A stretch of 64,000 bases of DNA from Plasmodiophora brassicae (GCA_036867785.1 CP145420.1:620001-684000), one strand, 5' to 3'; positions 13,260-26,570 are shown, counted from the first letter of the stretch. Made by a program: numbers and translations. The notes: generated by a model from the letters alone, not told the origin.

Positions 13260-14339
13260 ATGGTCGCGATGCGAACCTCGCTGGTCGTTGCCGTTGCCGT
13301 CGCCCTGTGCGTCCCCTGCGCACGCGCCGATTACGAGTACGGCGGGTGCCGGGCGCTGATGGCGGTCGCGTCGCCCAAGTGGTGCTTCGACGTAAGCGAT
13401 CGCGTTGACCGATCGCTACCCCTAGATGCCAACCGGTGCCTGTAGAACTGCCACCACGTCCCGACGTTCTGCCCGTCCGATTACTGCTCGCCCGAATGCG
13501 CTCCGTCTGGCGTCGTCCAGAAGCCGTTCGAAAGTTACTACGCGGCGCCGTCCGACTCGTACGAGGTCGCGCCCGAACAGGACGCCTACAACGTGCAGAC
13601 GTCGTCTGAGGCGCACGAGTACTACGCCGAGAAGACCGACTACGAGGACGCCGCTCCAGCGTACAGCGACGAAACGGTCGAATACGAGGAAACGTACGAG
13701 GAGGAGCCGTCGTCGACGTCCGCAGAGTACGAGCTCAAGGAGCCTTACGTGTACGAACGCGAGACGGAGGAAGCGTACCCGGCGCACGAGACCGACGAGG
13801 AGTATGTCGAGGAGGACGAGTACGTCGAGGAGGACGAGTACGTCGAAGAGGAGCCGTCCTCGGGCTCAGACGAGTACGTCGAGAAGGAACCGTCCTCGGG
13901 CTCAGACGAGTACGTCGAGAAGGAACCGTCCTCCGGCTCAGACGAATACGAGCTGAAGCCGGCGTACGAGACCGATCCCGCGTCGTATGGTGTGGATGAG
14001 TCCAGAGAAGAAGACGAAGAGTATGTCGCACCCGCGAAATACGGCGAGATCTCCACGAAGGAGTACGAGCAGGGCAGTGACGAGTACGACGACGGGGCCG
14101 GACTGGAGGAGTACGAGATCTATAACGCTCCGGCAAGTTACGACGAGTTGGAGGAGACGAACAAGGCTTCGAAGGAGTACGACGACGACGACGACGAGAC
14201 GTACGTTGACGCCAGCTACGAGTACGATGGGAGCGACCACGAGTACGTTGATGCGGAGCCGCCGGTCGACTACTACTACCCACAAGCTTCGGCCGACGCC
14301 CCCGAGTCCTATGAAGCGCCCAAGCGGCCCTACAACTGA
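13260..14339 (+). CDS. Secreted Cys-rich-N-terminus, Glu/Tyr/Asp-rich acidic repeat protein
   Basis: Signal peptide MVAMRTSLVVAVAVALCVPCARA; intron GTAAGC..TGTAG (~13392-13445) joins in frame to NCHHVPTFCPSDYCSPEC and the E/Y-rich ORF ending at 14339. Confidence 0.8.
13795..13952 (+). repeat. Coding tandem repeats: 18-bp (EYVEED) units, then three 36-bp (EPSSGSDEYVEK) units
   Basis: Seen directly: gagtacgtcgaggaggac repeated, and ccgtcctc(g/c)ggctcagacga three times. Confidence 0.85.
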
Positions 14340-14405
14340 TCATGTGATTCTTGTAAACGATACGTTGTTCGTCCAGACCATTGCTGGCACGACGTACTAC
14401 AACCA

Positions 14406-15995
14406 TCATATATTAGGGCGAAACGCGCCCGCATCGGCAACGGAGCACGTGTTAAGCATTCGCCATTCAAAGAACCGCATCAGTGCGGCGTAGTGTGTCA
14501 GAGCGGCAATGACGACGAAGACGTGGAATATGGAATGGCTATGGAACCAGATATCGAACTTGCCAGGGAAGATGCTCTCTGGGATCTGGGTGCTGTAGAA
14601 GATCGCGCCGACAATGTAGCAGACGCCACCGACGACGAGCAGCAGCAGCCCTCGGGACTCGCCGGCCCTGATGAACAGCAGGTGGCACAGAGGTATCAGG
14701 TTAACCAACCCGGCGGACGCGAAGATGACCGCGCGAACGTTCCGGAACCGGTGGCCGGCCAGGTACTTGGACATTGCCGCGAGGAACGCGAGGAAGGGCA
14801 GGCAGATGCCCATCGTCAGATACAGGCCCTGCCAGAACCGCAGGCAGTAGAAGCCATAGTAGACGGCCGGGACCATGGATCCCGCGATCATGATGCAGAT
14901 GCCAGCAAAGTCGAGTTGCTGCAGCAGCGTACACGCCTGTTCGGATCGGCAGTAGAATATGTGGAATATGGTGGAGAAGAGCAGGCATGCCATGGCGGCT
15001 CCGAGGAAGACCGCCAGCGGCCAGCGGGGCAGGAACGCGATCGCATCGAACGACGCATTGGGGAACTCGGCTGCAAACTGTGCCGCTTCCGCTCGGACGG
15101 CCTTCAGGAACGACCCGATCTCCAGCAGCAGATGGCGAACGGAGTCGACCGCGTCCGTCGGCAGCGATTCGCAGATGTTGTCCACCGTCTCCGTCAGACT
15201 GTTCCGCATGCGGTCGATGTCGCGGACGGAGCAGTGGTCGCACCACCCGGTGACCGCGTCCTTGATCGCGGTCAGCTTCTCCCTCAGCGCATCCAGGTAG
15301 ACGGCCGTCGGCCCCGTCACCGACAGTCGCTTGGAGATTTCAAACCACGACGGTATCCGAATGCGAATCGAGTCCACCATTTGCTGCGCAGCAGGGCGTC
15401 AGGCGGCACGCTCGTGATGCACAGTCGAGGCGAGCAGATCGTACTGAAAAGTGTTGCCGGTACCTAGCCAGGCGCTCGGAGGACACCTCAACCGTCCTGT
15501 CGAGGTGGAAGTAGTCGAAACCGTCTGCAACGTCCGTCAGGAACGTCGCCTGGGGCCATGGTCCAACCCACGCGTCCTACATGGCGACACCGTACTGACC
15601 ATGGAGATCATCAGCAGGACGAAAATGAAGAACCCGATCAGGTGGGTCCTGCGCACGGGTTCACAAATTCAGTGGGGGCGCGCCCTGGGACGAACCGGCA
15701 TTGCGCCAACTGGAACGGACCACACGTTGAGCGTTTCATTGTGCAACCGGAAGATGCTCTGCAGGCAGAGCCTCCACGAGAAATGCACGCGGTACCCGCC
15801 CTGGATGTACGGGTTGTCCCGCAGCCACGCCGGCACCTGCGAGTACTGGTGCAGCAGGAACTGGCGCACCTTGGCGGCGCGCGGCCACGCACCCGTCGTG
15901 TCGGCGGCGCCCGCGGCCAGCGTCTGCTGCAGCGCACGCAGGTCCGGGCTGGACCGTCGCCTGCGCAAGCGCATCCGCGACGCTGTCACCGCCAT
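14406..15995 (-). CDS. PAQR/adiponectin-receptor (hemolysin III) family 7TM protein, spliced
   Basis: PAWLRDNPYIQGGYR, SIFRLHNETLNVW, STIFHIFYC, LDFAGI, IPESIFPGKFDIWFHSHSIFHVFVV. Has a soluble insertion after TM1. Confidence 0.92.
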
Positions 15996-16346
15996 CGCAA
16001 CACACTGCGCCTGTCGCGCGGGCGCGTGCCGTCCGGCCCGGGGAAAATCCGCGCTGCAGAACAACGGACGCGCAGCGCGTCGCCTCCGTCGCCTCCACTG
16101 CGCCACTGTGATGGCTGCACGTCGACCGACTGGCGACCGCCGACCGGCAGCGGGCGAAAAACAGTACCACGGGTTTTTGGGGCGGCACCGGACTTGGGTG
16201 CCCCTCATGATGCAGCTGGACGATCCGGCGAGGCATGGCGTCACGCCGGCGTGATTCACCGGGGGGCGCACACAACACCTCCGGAACGTGGCGTCCCCGG
16301 GCACGGGCGGCATACATCGAAATCGACGGTGATCGCAGACAGCAAT

Positions 16347-18309
16347 ATGAGCAGCAGCGGCAGCCGGTACGAGCGCCTTCCCGTCATCCACGAGCGATCG
16401 TCGCTGTTCCGGGCCGTTGACCGGATCGAGGTATCGGAGAGCGACCTCGACGAAGGTGCTGTCCGGGAGCCGCACTCGAGGCGGAACAGTTCGGTGGTGA
16501 CGACTGCCGCCGACGCCGAGGGCAACGTCCATGCGTTCGTTCTCGATGAGGCCGACCAGGGCGATTACGACGACGAGCGCGTGTCGCTGTGGGAACGGTT
16601 CCGCTCCTGGCTCGAATCGAACACGTTCGTCATCCTCTGCCTGATCGTGGCGCTGGTCGCCAACGCGTTCGCCGACAAGCTCGGGTACACTCGGGCCACC
16701 TTGGCTACGCCCGCCGTCTTCGCCTGCGCCTCCATCGTGTTCGACGTCATCGAGCCCATCCTGTTCGGGTCGATCTCGGTGGTATCCGGTTGCCTCCCGT
16801 TCAAGGTCCTCGTCGTGGTCGCCTCCCTGCAGACGCACCTGCACCGGATCGCGCTCAGCGTCGTCCTGACCGTCTGGCTGGAGATGATCGAGCGGCACTC
16901 CGACCACCTGCTCAACTGCATGCGCGCCCTGACGTTCGCCCTGGTCCTGAACCTCCTCAAGGACATCATCATGCACATCGTCAGGCGCAGCATCACGATC
17001 CGCGCCGTCCTGGACGACATCCAGGAGTCCGACCTCGAGCGCGACGCCATGGTCATGCTCTGCTGCCCTGATAACGCCGCCCGTCTCGATGAGCGCCGCC
17101 GCTGGCGCTCCGATCAGAAGCGCCGCTCCCTGAACAGCAAGCTGGAGGCCATCAGCGAAGGTACCCCCTGCAACCTCACAGCCCGCCTTCAAACGTAGTA
17201 ACGGATGCGCAGGGACCCTCGACCTGCCTCTGCGACCACTGACGATCACCGACGTCCAGCAGTGGAGGTACTCGTCAGAGACCGTCGTCCGCATCGGGAC
17301 CGTGCAACAGATGAGGGTTCGTCGTCAGTCGGCCATGTGCGCTCAGCGCCGTCGTCGTTAACGATCGTGGGCGCGACAGGTCATCGCTGCGGTCCTCCGC
17401 GACCACCTGTTCGAGAACGGGCGCAAGCAGCAGGTCGACTACACGGTCTGGCGTAGCCTGTTCGGGTCGGTGGCGGCGGCCGAGAAGACGTGGCAGACCA
17501 TGTTCGGCCTATCGCCGCTGGCGTCGCAGACGATCTCGCAGAGCGATTTCGTCTGGGGCGTCTACCAGGCGTTCGAGCGGCGCAAACGCCTAACGGCCAA
17601 GATGCTGAACATCTCGAACCTGTTCACGCTGATGTCGTCGGCTGTCAACGTCGTCTACGGAGCGATCGCCCTGATCGCGTTCCTGTTCGCGTTCGACTTT
17701 GAGCTGTCGTCGATGCTGGTGACGGCCGGTACGACGTTCGCCGCCATCGGTTTCGCGTTGTCGGGGACGATCACGCGCACGTTCGAATCGATCGTGTTCA
17801 TCTTCGTGACGCAGGCGTTTGAAGTCGGCGACCGCGTCACGATCGACGGCGAGGACTTCTTCGTCCACCGCATCCACCTGCTGACGACCGAGCTGCGACG
17901 CCCCGACAACCGCGTCATGCAGATCTCGAACGGCGCCCTGTCGGGCAAGGCGATCTACAACCACCGCCGGACGGGTCCTGCCAAGGTGTCGCTGAAGTTC
18001 ATGATCGCGTACGACACGACGTCGCATCAGATGCACCAGCTGAAGACGACGCTGAGGCAGTACGTGAAGCTGAACTCGGACATCTGGAAGCCGGACGTCA
18101 CCTTCTCCGTTGGCGACCATACGGACGACACCGCGTTGGTCCTGACGGCGTCGTTCGAGCACCGCCTGACCTGGCAGGACAGGAGCGTCATCAACGAGAA
18201 CCGGTTCGACCTTGCCGAGTGCCTGCGCGCCACCATGAAACAGCTGGACATCAGCACGAGCGGCAGCGACTCTATCGTCTACCAGAAGGCCACCCCGTTC
18301 GAGGCTTAG
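16347..18309 (+). CDS. MscS-like mechanosensitive channel (eukaryotic MSL type), spliced
   Basis: Several N-terminal TMs; conserved FESIVFIFVTQAFEVGDRVTIDG, IHLLTTELRRPDN and C-terminal cage region. Confidence 0.9.
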
Positions 18310-18353
18310 AATACACAGGTCAGCGCCGTCTCGAGTGGGACCCAACGAAACCG

Positions 18354-20758
18354 TTAATTTAAAGGGCGCCTTGCCCATCTTGGGTCTGGGCGAACCCCCT
18401 CAGCTGTGTCGCAACCCTCATCAGTGAACGTACAGCTGTTCGTGCTGCGTCGGCTGAGCGAAATGAACCTGGACGGCGACAGGCAATGTTTCGGGAATCG
18501 CAGCGAACTCGACAGGAACGCTGTACAATTGGCGCACATGGCCTGGGGCGCATTACGCGACCAGAGCCGTTGTATCTTGTCCTTGAGGGAAGTCGCCCGC
18601 GGGACCAATGAGCACTGGTTGCATACGCTGCTTCCGCTGTTGCACAGAGTCAGCATTGTCCTTCAGTTCAGACCACGTGGCGAGTATTGCTACCATCGAC
18701 TGCATCGTCTTCGCTCCCGCAGTGACGAGAAATGATGATGGCACAGGTCGCAAACGATATTGATTGGGTCCACGATACAGCCCTCTAGTTCCGAGCTGAA
18801 ACTGTCGGAGGCGACACGAGCGTTGTCCACGCGTTCCAGGTCCAGGCATTTCTGGATCTGCCCCTTGATGGCAGTCACCCACTGGTGGCGGACCGTGTCA
18901 GAGAACGCGTCGACGGGGTAACAGCACGCTGGCGTTTCCATGATAAACCTCGTCTCGCTTGTTGGGTCAAAGTGCACATCAGCGGTGTCCATGAACTGAT
19001 TGCGGAGCATAAGTACAAGGCCAATACGGCGACGGCCCTTGACGATTCTTACCACGGTGAACGCGATACCACCTCGTTGTGTGCCGTTCGGTTTCTTCTT
19101 GTGCCGGGATGCGATAAGGAGGTCGTCAAACAGGTGGAACGTATGCAAGCGCCCGCCATAATACAGGGATCCTTGAAGAACAATCTGGCGACAGCCCGGT
19201 CCCATTAGGTCAACTTTCCCGCCGAGGTCAATCTCCATCATCCGAAGCGCATCTCGCCTAGTCTGATCCGACCGTGTCTCTTCGATTCGCTCCTTCGTTT
19301 GTGTCAGTCTGGACACGGCTTCGGCAATGATCTCATCACCGGCCATTGACGTCAGTTTTCTGTGATAGCTGCGAGCGCGCTCGTAAGTTGGGCAGGCATA
19401 GCAGCGCTTGAAACGCCACGTTACCAGTCGATACGGTCAACGGCGAGATTGATAACGCAATGCAGGATGCTTTGCGATTCCGAGGGCAACCGAACAAACA
19501 CGGTCGCCAGCGTTGTGCACACACTTCCGGTCAGGATCGACGTTCGCAATAGACACTTGGACAAATCGGCAGGGCGGTCGCCAGACACGAACTTCGTCAG
19601 GTCGGATATCACCTGACGGACAATGCATCTCAGGCACTTCATTGCGGCCACGAACCTAGACAGATCAGCGACGACCTATCGCTTCGGAGTCAACAGCTGG
19701 TACCAGTGAGGTGCCAGGTAGCAATCCCATACCGAGTTTGCAGATCGTTGCTGACTTGACAGCGACCCGACTATGGCCCTTTCCTCATCGACGAGGAGCG
19801 GCATTGCAACCTTGTCGAGAAGGTGACGGAGCTTCGAGGCGAACCATCGATCTGATACAAGCAGGGCAAACGCGAAGCAGCTGGTAGCCGGCGTCTGCTG
19901 TGGAGTCATCGATGGCCGTCGCGACGAGATCGGTGTTGATGCGACGGACGATCGATCACTGATTGCCAACGTCATGGCTTCATGCCAGTCAAGCAGTTCG
20001 TCGTCGGCGCCTCGAATTACAACTGACTCGCCCTTCGCGTCGACAATCGTGAGCGATGTGGCGCGCTCATCAAGCTCGACGCGAACAATGTCAATGATGC
20101 GCTCGAGGGCCAGCGCTGAGTCGCGTTTCCGTTGGCTAATGAGCACGACCGACGGGTACAGAAGGTGCAGAACCCTGAGAGCGGGAGGCCTCCATGACGA
20201 GATAGCCATGTGGGCATCACCAGTCATGATGCATCGAGAGGGGACGCTAGGCGACCATATGCGCACTGGCGTCGTGAACTGGGCCTCGAGCGCCAGCAGC
20301 GTTCGGCGATGATGTCGGGCGGCGACTTGAGCCGATATAGACGCCTGAAGGTCGGCCATCGCTGCGCAGGCTGGGTTGGACGCCGGACGGAACCTTGCAA
20401 GGTAATGTGCATACACGGATGGGCGTTGCACGACGACATCGGTGATGAGCAGCGCCGTTACCGCGTCATCCTTGAGCGCGGCCACGACAGCGGCATGCGA
20501 CGCGGTTAGGAACCCGTACACGTCCAGTAACGGGACGAACGACGACAACGCCATCCAGTGCGGGCGATGATCATCGTTGGCGAGCTCGACAGCCAGCATC
20601 TCGGTGACGGACCGGACGAACGCGAGCGCGATCCGGAACGCAGCGATCTCATGCGCCTGCCCCGACCTGGCAGGCAGACCGTCCAGAGCGGCCTCCAGGC
20701 CGATCAGCTCGCCTACGTAGCGCCGCTCGTGGGCGATAAACTCATCGGCGGCCGTCAT
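18354..20758 (-). CDS. Divergent DH/PH-like protein with C-terminal FYVE-like zinc finger(s) (FGD/RhoGEF-like), multi-exon
   Basis: DH-start-like EFIAHERRYVGEL; two PH-like segments ending in Trp helices (LLDWHEAMT, RHQWVTAIK); CDLCHHHFSSLRERRRCS..VCNQCS. Confidence 0.55.
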
Positions 20759-21778
20759 GGTGCCGCGGGACCCGCGGTTGACGTTGAACGGGCGACGACG
20801 TAACCCCTCGACCGCTTTACGGACTTACCAACGCGCGCGCATGACCAAGGCCAGGGATGAGGCAGGCACCCGAAGCCGCCGGAGCGCCTCGTGAGGTGCG
20901 CGTCCAAGCCTGCGGGCTCAGACCACCTCGAGCTGCAATGTGCGTCTCGTGTACCTGGTCTTGTTCACGTCGAAGCACGGCTCGGTCCGCCGCTTCCCAC
21001 GTTGGTGTCGCGCCGTTCGATGTCGGACTGCACACTAATGACCACCTACAACCCCTACACCCTGTTGTTGTACACCAGTATATAATTTCAATACGTTAAT
21101 TCGTATGTCACCGTTGCCGATGCGCACCATAGGTCTCTTGGAACGGGCATCATCTACCGCATTACGCGCTGCGCTCAGTCAGACCGGTCTGTGCGGAAAT
21201 CAGTGCAACGACAGATTCGTTTGCAATTGCTGCGAGGCCACTCACTACGCCCATGTTGCCCAACGACATGGTTGGGGGATTTCGAACAACCATGGCACTT
21301 GCGTTGCTGGAAAGGTGTGCCGGCATCATCGCATCGGCAACCGCAAGTGGGTCTTCATGGTCATTGGAATAGGAAACAACCTGAAAGAGTACTCTTGGCG
21401 ACGGTGCACGCGTACGGGTAGATGAAGGTGATACTGGTAAGGTAACGGGTGCGCAACTCCCCATGAGGAGTCAGGCTCGATAACGCGGCCAGCGCGTAGC
21501 GGAGGCAGGTGACGCGAGCGCTTGCTTTGGTGGTGAACAACGTCCATATGGCGACAAACGAACATGTGGCGAGGAAGCTGCCAGAGATGCATGAACAGAA
21601 TGCCGTGCCCCAGGCGATATGGGAGTATGCATGGGCACGGGAATGGTGACCCGGCAACTCTCTACATGCATTATGAATTAGTCGAAACAAGTAAAAACAT
21701 GAAGATGCAAAGGCCTGGGCTTAGACGGTCGGTCTGGCTTGGGCAGCAAGGGCAGCACTGCCCAAGCCAACGATGGAC

Positions 21779-23113
21779 CTAGGCACCACCTTGCCGGTGA
21801 GCACACACACCTTCACGAAAGGCCGGACCAGCATAGAGTGTAAGCAGGTGCGGCCGCCAGCGACGCACGCGATGCGTTTCGAAATCAGGCCAGTTTTTCT
21901 CCACTTCGACTTGGTTCCCGCGGCCGAATAACGACACGGCTTGCCGCTGATCAATCGTGCGCTTAGCGGCTGGAGGCGATCACCTGCAACCATCTTACCA
22001 AGTTTGTGTTGCGAGGCAATGAAATCACAATGTTGTCGGAAATCGTTCGCGCGCAGGTCATGATTTGGACCATGTCCGGCTGGATTGTCTTCAGGTCATA
22101 TACACGTTGATGAATATACCCGGGCCCAGACCAGGGCGGGCACATGTAAACGACATCGGCGCAGCCCTGAGCAATTGTGCATCAGAAGCCAACGTAGAGA
22201 GGATGACAACGACGTACTGCAAGCTTTGGTGCGATCTCGATGAAATCGGCATGCACGAAGGTGATCTTGTGTGCGACGCCGTAGATCGACGCATTCGTCC
22301 ATGCGGCCGCTAGCTTCTCCTTGTCATAATCAACGGCAATGACGTGGTCGAACTCGAACGCAAGGGCAATGGCATTGCCGCCAGCGCCGCAGAACCCTTC
22401 CACGGCGACGAGCGTGTTCCTGCCTGAACGCCATTCTCCCACGGCCGCGATGGCCCGGCGCGCGATGTGTCGTGCGATTGATTCAGGGGTGACTGAGTAC
22501 CAGGATTCTATGCGTGAAATTGAGCAATTCAGCACAAAGGGTCCAGCGCGGGGACTGACCCCGGTCCAGAACGACACCATCGTCGTACAGGGAGAAGAGC
22601 ACATGCCGACGATTGAAGTACTTCTTGACGTCCACGTTGTGACCCCTACGGATACACAGGGTCAATAGGTCGAACAATACGAAACATGGCGTTATACATC
22701 GTGTCGGTCGGATGTGTCTCCGGTCGATCGAATCTAGATGTGAAGCCATCCATGACGCCATTCGCTTCAGCGGCGCCGCTTGTCCCGTCAGTTTCTTGCC
22801 GTTCAAAGCCAACCGGGGAATCATCCAGACAGACGTGTGACGTTGAAACGTTGCTGCTGGTATCAGGGGCTATCAGACCGGTTGTCATCTAGAAGAAACA
22901 ACCGCGACTATAAAGAACGGCCTCACTGTCGCGAATCTGGTCCCGTCTCGCGGCCATCTCGATGTCTTCATCGGAGAACAAGACCCCTGATTCTGACAGC
23001 GGCCACGTCAGCAAGGTAGAACGCTCCACGTGGACCATACGAAACTGTACTGGCGGCGACGGCGCTGGCGATGTCATGATAGTAGCGGGCGATCTTGATC
23101 GGGTTGAGTTCAT
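21779..23113 (-). CDS. TGS1: Trimethylguanosine synthase (RNA cap methyltransferase), multi-exon; start uncertain
   Basis: KYFNRRHVLFSLYDDG, ESWYSVTPESIARHIA, EGFCGAGGNAIALA, NASIYGVAHKITFVHADF, PPWSGPGY, LPRNTN. Confidence 0.9.
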
Positions 23114-23581
23114 CCCGGGGTGGCATCAGCGAGAGCGCTTCCTCGATCCGAACCTTGGCATGGCGGATCGCCGCCTCTGCAGACGACGACCGTCAGTGCC
23201 GATTGCAAATACCCGCTCGACGATGTTGTTGCTACCGGCATCGTCGACCATCGATAGCAAGCGCAGCGGGAACCGACGGCGCCCGGGACGCGAATCCAAT
23301 TCGCGCGCCCTGTCACACAGCCGGAGACCGAGGTTGCACCGTGTTTAGCGCAAACGACGCGGAACGAGGCAATGGCGACACGTATACCGGGAGACCGTCA
23401 GGCGCAGCAAGACACAGGACACACCCGGAACGGGCCGCAGCGTCGTACGAGCAGCAGACGGCACTACAATCAACCGTTGAAGAACGGATGTGCGGCATCG
23501 GAACATACTATCCTCATCGACAGACGAAGGAATGCGTTACAGTCGGGTGGAACCCCCCAGTTCGGTGGGAGTGACGCGACG

Positions 23582-24259
23582 ATGGACGATGAAGGTCTCC
23601 CGTGGCAGTTCATCATCGCATCGTGTCTGGAGAAACAACTGCACGCGTACGCGTCGTTGCTAGGGCCTGCACAGGCGGTGGCCCGCGGTCTGAAGCATCG
23701 TGCGGTGTCGACGGCCGGCGCTGATTTCCTGGTCAGCGCACGGGTCACCGGCAGCGTGCAGGCTTACCTCAACCTGCTTCGGGCGTCGCCACAGCCGGCG
23801 GCATCCATGCTATCGTACGCCCTTGCGTTCTACTCCTCACTACCCTCGGAAGGCGTCACCCTTCCAGATTCCCTCCTGCCACGTCTACAGACCGCTGTGT
23901 CCGCTATGGATCCCGCCATGGTCGAAGAAGCCACGCAGCAAGCCAGGTGCGTCCTGGCGAAGATCAGAGCAGACTACAGCGGAGATAGCGGGCGGGACGA
24001 GGATGCGAGCGAGGAAGATAGCGGCGACGCGCTCTCCGAACGCATGTGTACCGGCGTTACGTCAAGAGGTGCTCATGGGCATGGGATGGGTGCATCACCT
24101 GCTAGCTGCCCGTTCCTGAACCCGCCCAACCAACAGGATTGGTCGACGAGGCTCATCCGGATCGCAATTGCACTGTGCGTCGCGGCAGGGCTCGCTGTTG
24201 TCATCATCGAAACCTATCGAGACCTATCGTCCGGGGGGCGCTGGCGAGCCGAGCTCTAG
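23582..24259 (+). CDS. Tail-anchored hypothetical protein, possibly degenerate heme-oxygenase fold
   Basis: Helical ORF, acidic linker, SCPF motif, C-terminal TM LIRIAIALCVAAGLAVVII. The fold call is by eye only. Confidence 0.6.
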   Translation: MDDEGLPWQFIIASCLEKQLHAYASLLGPAQAVARGLKHRAVSTAGADFLVSARVTGSVQAYLNLLRASPQPAASMLSYALAFYSSLPSEGVTLPDSLLPRLQTAVSAMDPAMVEEATQQARCVLAKIRADYSGDSGRDEDASEEDSGDALSERMCTGVTSRGAHGHGMGASPASCPFLNPPNQQDWSTRLIRIAIALCVAAGLAVVIIETYRDLSSGGRWRAEL

Positions 24260-24279
24260 CCGACATGAATAATAACAAT

Positions 24280-26194
24280 TTACTGTGGTGGTGCTGGATG
24301 CTTGCGGGGTCGACCGACAGGCCGCTTCACGGTCGGCGTGCCAGACGCCGTTGGTGCCGCCTTTGCGGTGGGGCGACGGGCCTTCCCCGTTGACGGTTTC
24401 GCCACAGCACGCCGAGTACCGCTCCCATCGGTGCCTTGTTCTTCCGATGTGCGGACGCCATCAGGTGTGGTGGTGTCTTCGCGTCTCCGCGGCGATGCTG
24501 TCCTTAAACGCTTGCTGCTCCTCTTCACTTTCGTGGCATCGCCTGCATCTCCAGAACGACGCAGCAGGACGGGCTCGTCATCAGTGTCTTCTTCATCAAC
24601 CGCCGACCCCGTTTTCCCCGTTTGCACGCTTCGTTCTTCCTCGGTGATGGACGGTTCGTCGTCAGGCGCGTCTGGCACAGACAGCCTTGCCTTGCCGGTA
24701 GAGCGGGACCGCTTCTTTGGTTGCTGCTTGACCTCCGCTGCAGCAGCTGGCTCGGATGGCATTGCCGGCTTGACCTTGTCGACGGCATCATGAACACCGC
24801 CCTGGGAAGAAGTCGTCCCAGGAGACGCGACAGGCTTTCCTGGCCGTTTCCTTCCAGGTGACGCGGCGTGTTTGACGACGGTTGTTTGGGACGTGATAAC
24901 GGGGGATGCTCTGGTCGGCGGCAGTGCCTGAATGTTCTTCACTGCAGGAGAGGGCCGCGACGGCTCACTGGAAGGCAGCGAAACAGTCGAGGGCAACGCA
25001 CGGCCGGACGGCGACTCAGCACGACCAACGAGACCCTTGGATACCGGGACGGCTGCAACGGCGGACGTAGCAGGTCGTACAGGGGACAGTTTGAGGACAG
25101 GCGTGGACGAAAGCAGGTCCATTGAGGAATCACGAAACCCGGCAACAACAGGAGTTTGCACAGCTTGGGATGACGCTACAGGAAGCGACTGGGATGCTTG
25201 AAGGTTCCCCACAGCAGTACCCGCGTGCGAAACCTCAGCAGGCTTCGTTGTCGACCGAGCATTGTCAGCCTGCGCTGCACTACTGTTCGAAGGCTCAGCC
25301 AATTGAGCTGGCCGAGCCACGACAGTCTTTGGCGGCGGAGGCCCAGTTGATGACGAGATCTGCCCCATTTGCGAAACAGGAACCTTTTGTGGAATAAGGC
25401 GCTGTTTCTTTGGAGGCGGGCTCCGACTTTCCTGAGCGACGATGCGCGCCGCTACCACTGACGCTACGCCCGGCATCAGGCCGCCTGTGCCTTTAGCTGG
25501 AGAGGATTGTTTACGTCCACCATTAGCAGCAGCAGAAGCACTGGACTGTGCCGGCCGCGGTGCAACCGCGTCGACGTCCATAGCAGCAACGGTATCCTGA
25601 AGGATGTCATGATCTATATCTCGAACAGCAGGGCAGCAATACATGGGGACGTACAGATGGGTGGGGCATTGAGAAGAATAACTTCTTCGAGTCTTCAACG
25701 TGAGCCTTGATGACAGAGAGGTCCACATTAGGGCTATCTACAGCGATTTCGTCTGCTTCCAGAAGACTGAAAACATCAGGCCTGGTCGCACATGATGGCG
25801 AATTGTGGCATCTTACTTAATACTGCTGTCGATGAGGGCGATGTTCGCCCGTATCTGTTTGGCGCGTCGCTGAGCTAGGATAACGGATGCCTTGTGGGCC
25901 CTAGCCTTCGCATCCGGTTCCCCGCCAATGTTCAACGAATTACACACTTTCGTGAACAGGGTTTCACATCCCTAGCTCCAACAATAAGGGTACGCGCGGG
26001 GACCAATAGGGATTGAGCACCTGCGGATCTAGGGCAGGGACTGGCGTTGCCGCCTCAGGGTCGTTAGCGACCTCGGCGACCGCTTCGGCGACCTCCGCCC
26101 ATGCGCCCGACTGCAAGTACCGGGCACAGACGATCAGCGACAGAAGCGTCTCCTCGCATATGTCTTCGCAGCCGTCGATCCCCAACAACGTCAT
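24280..26194 (-). CDS. Putative nuclear protein: helical N-terminus, long Ser/Pro/Ala low-complexity region, C-terminal AT-hook
   Basis: 482-codon ORF with NLS-like PPKKQR and AT-hook KRPVGRPRKH; upstream exons from 26194 are linked by plausible introns. Confidence 0.65.
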
Positions 26195-26570
26195 GTCCGA
26201 CGCGCGGCGCGCAATTCGCTGCCGTGTCGCGGACTGCAGCGACGCGACCTGGCTGCCGCCGGGGACCCTCACCGCCTGACGCGCGTCTTCCCGGCGAAAA
26301 CCGTATAACCTGATGCAGTACACCAACGGACGTTTATTAGACCATCTGTCTCTGTCGCGATTCCAATGTCCTTCGAGAACCTCACGCGAAGTCGGATCGG
26401 CTGCTGATATGCGGAATCGGCGCGGATCAAGCGGCCGCCATGGGTGCACGTTCCCGCGGCGGCGGGGCCTGGGGGGGGGCAACCGCTTGCTTCGGCACGG
26501 ACAAAGGATCGCGAGAATGTTCCGGGAACGTGAGACCGCGTGTGCGCGCGGTGCGTCGGCTCGGGGCCTG

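Noticed and set aside
11926-13359. 477-aa + strand ORF
   Set aside because: Antisense shadow of the GC-rich Nudix gene, with Arg/Pro-rich non-protein-like composition.
14493-17294. Long ORFs 14493-15467 (+) and 15669-17294 (-)
   Set aside because: Mostly antisense shadows of PAQR and MscS; only the last part of the minus ORF is the true PAQR first exon.
21105-21720. Possible spliced minus-strand hypothetical gene downstream of TGS1
   Set aside because: Some protein-like stretches are present, but I could not build a consistent start or exon structure or recognise a family.
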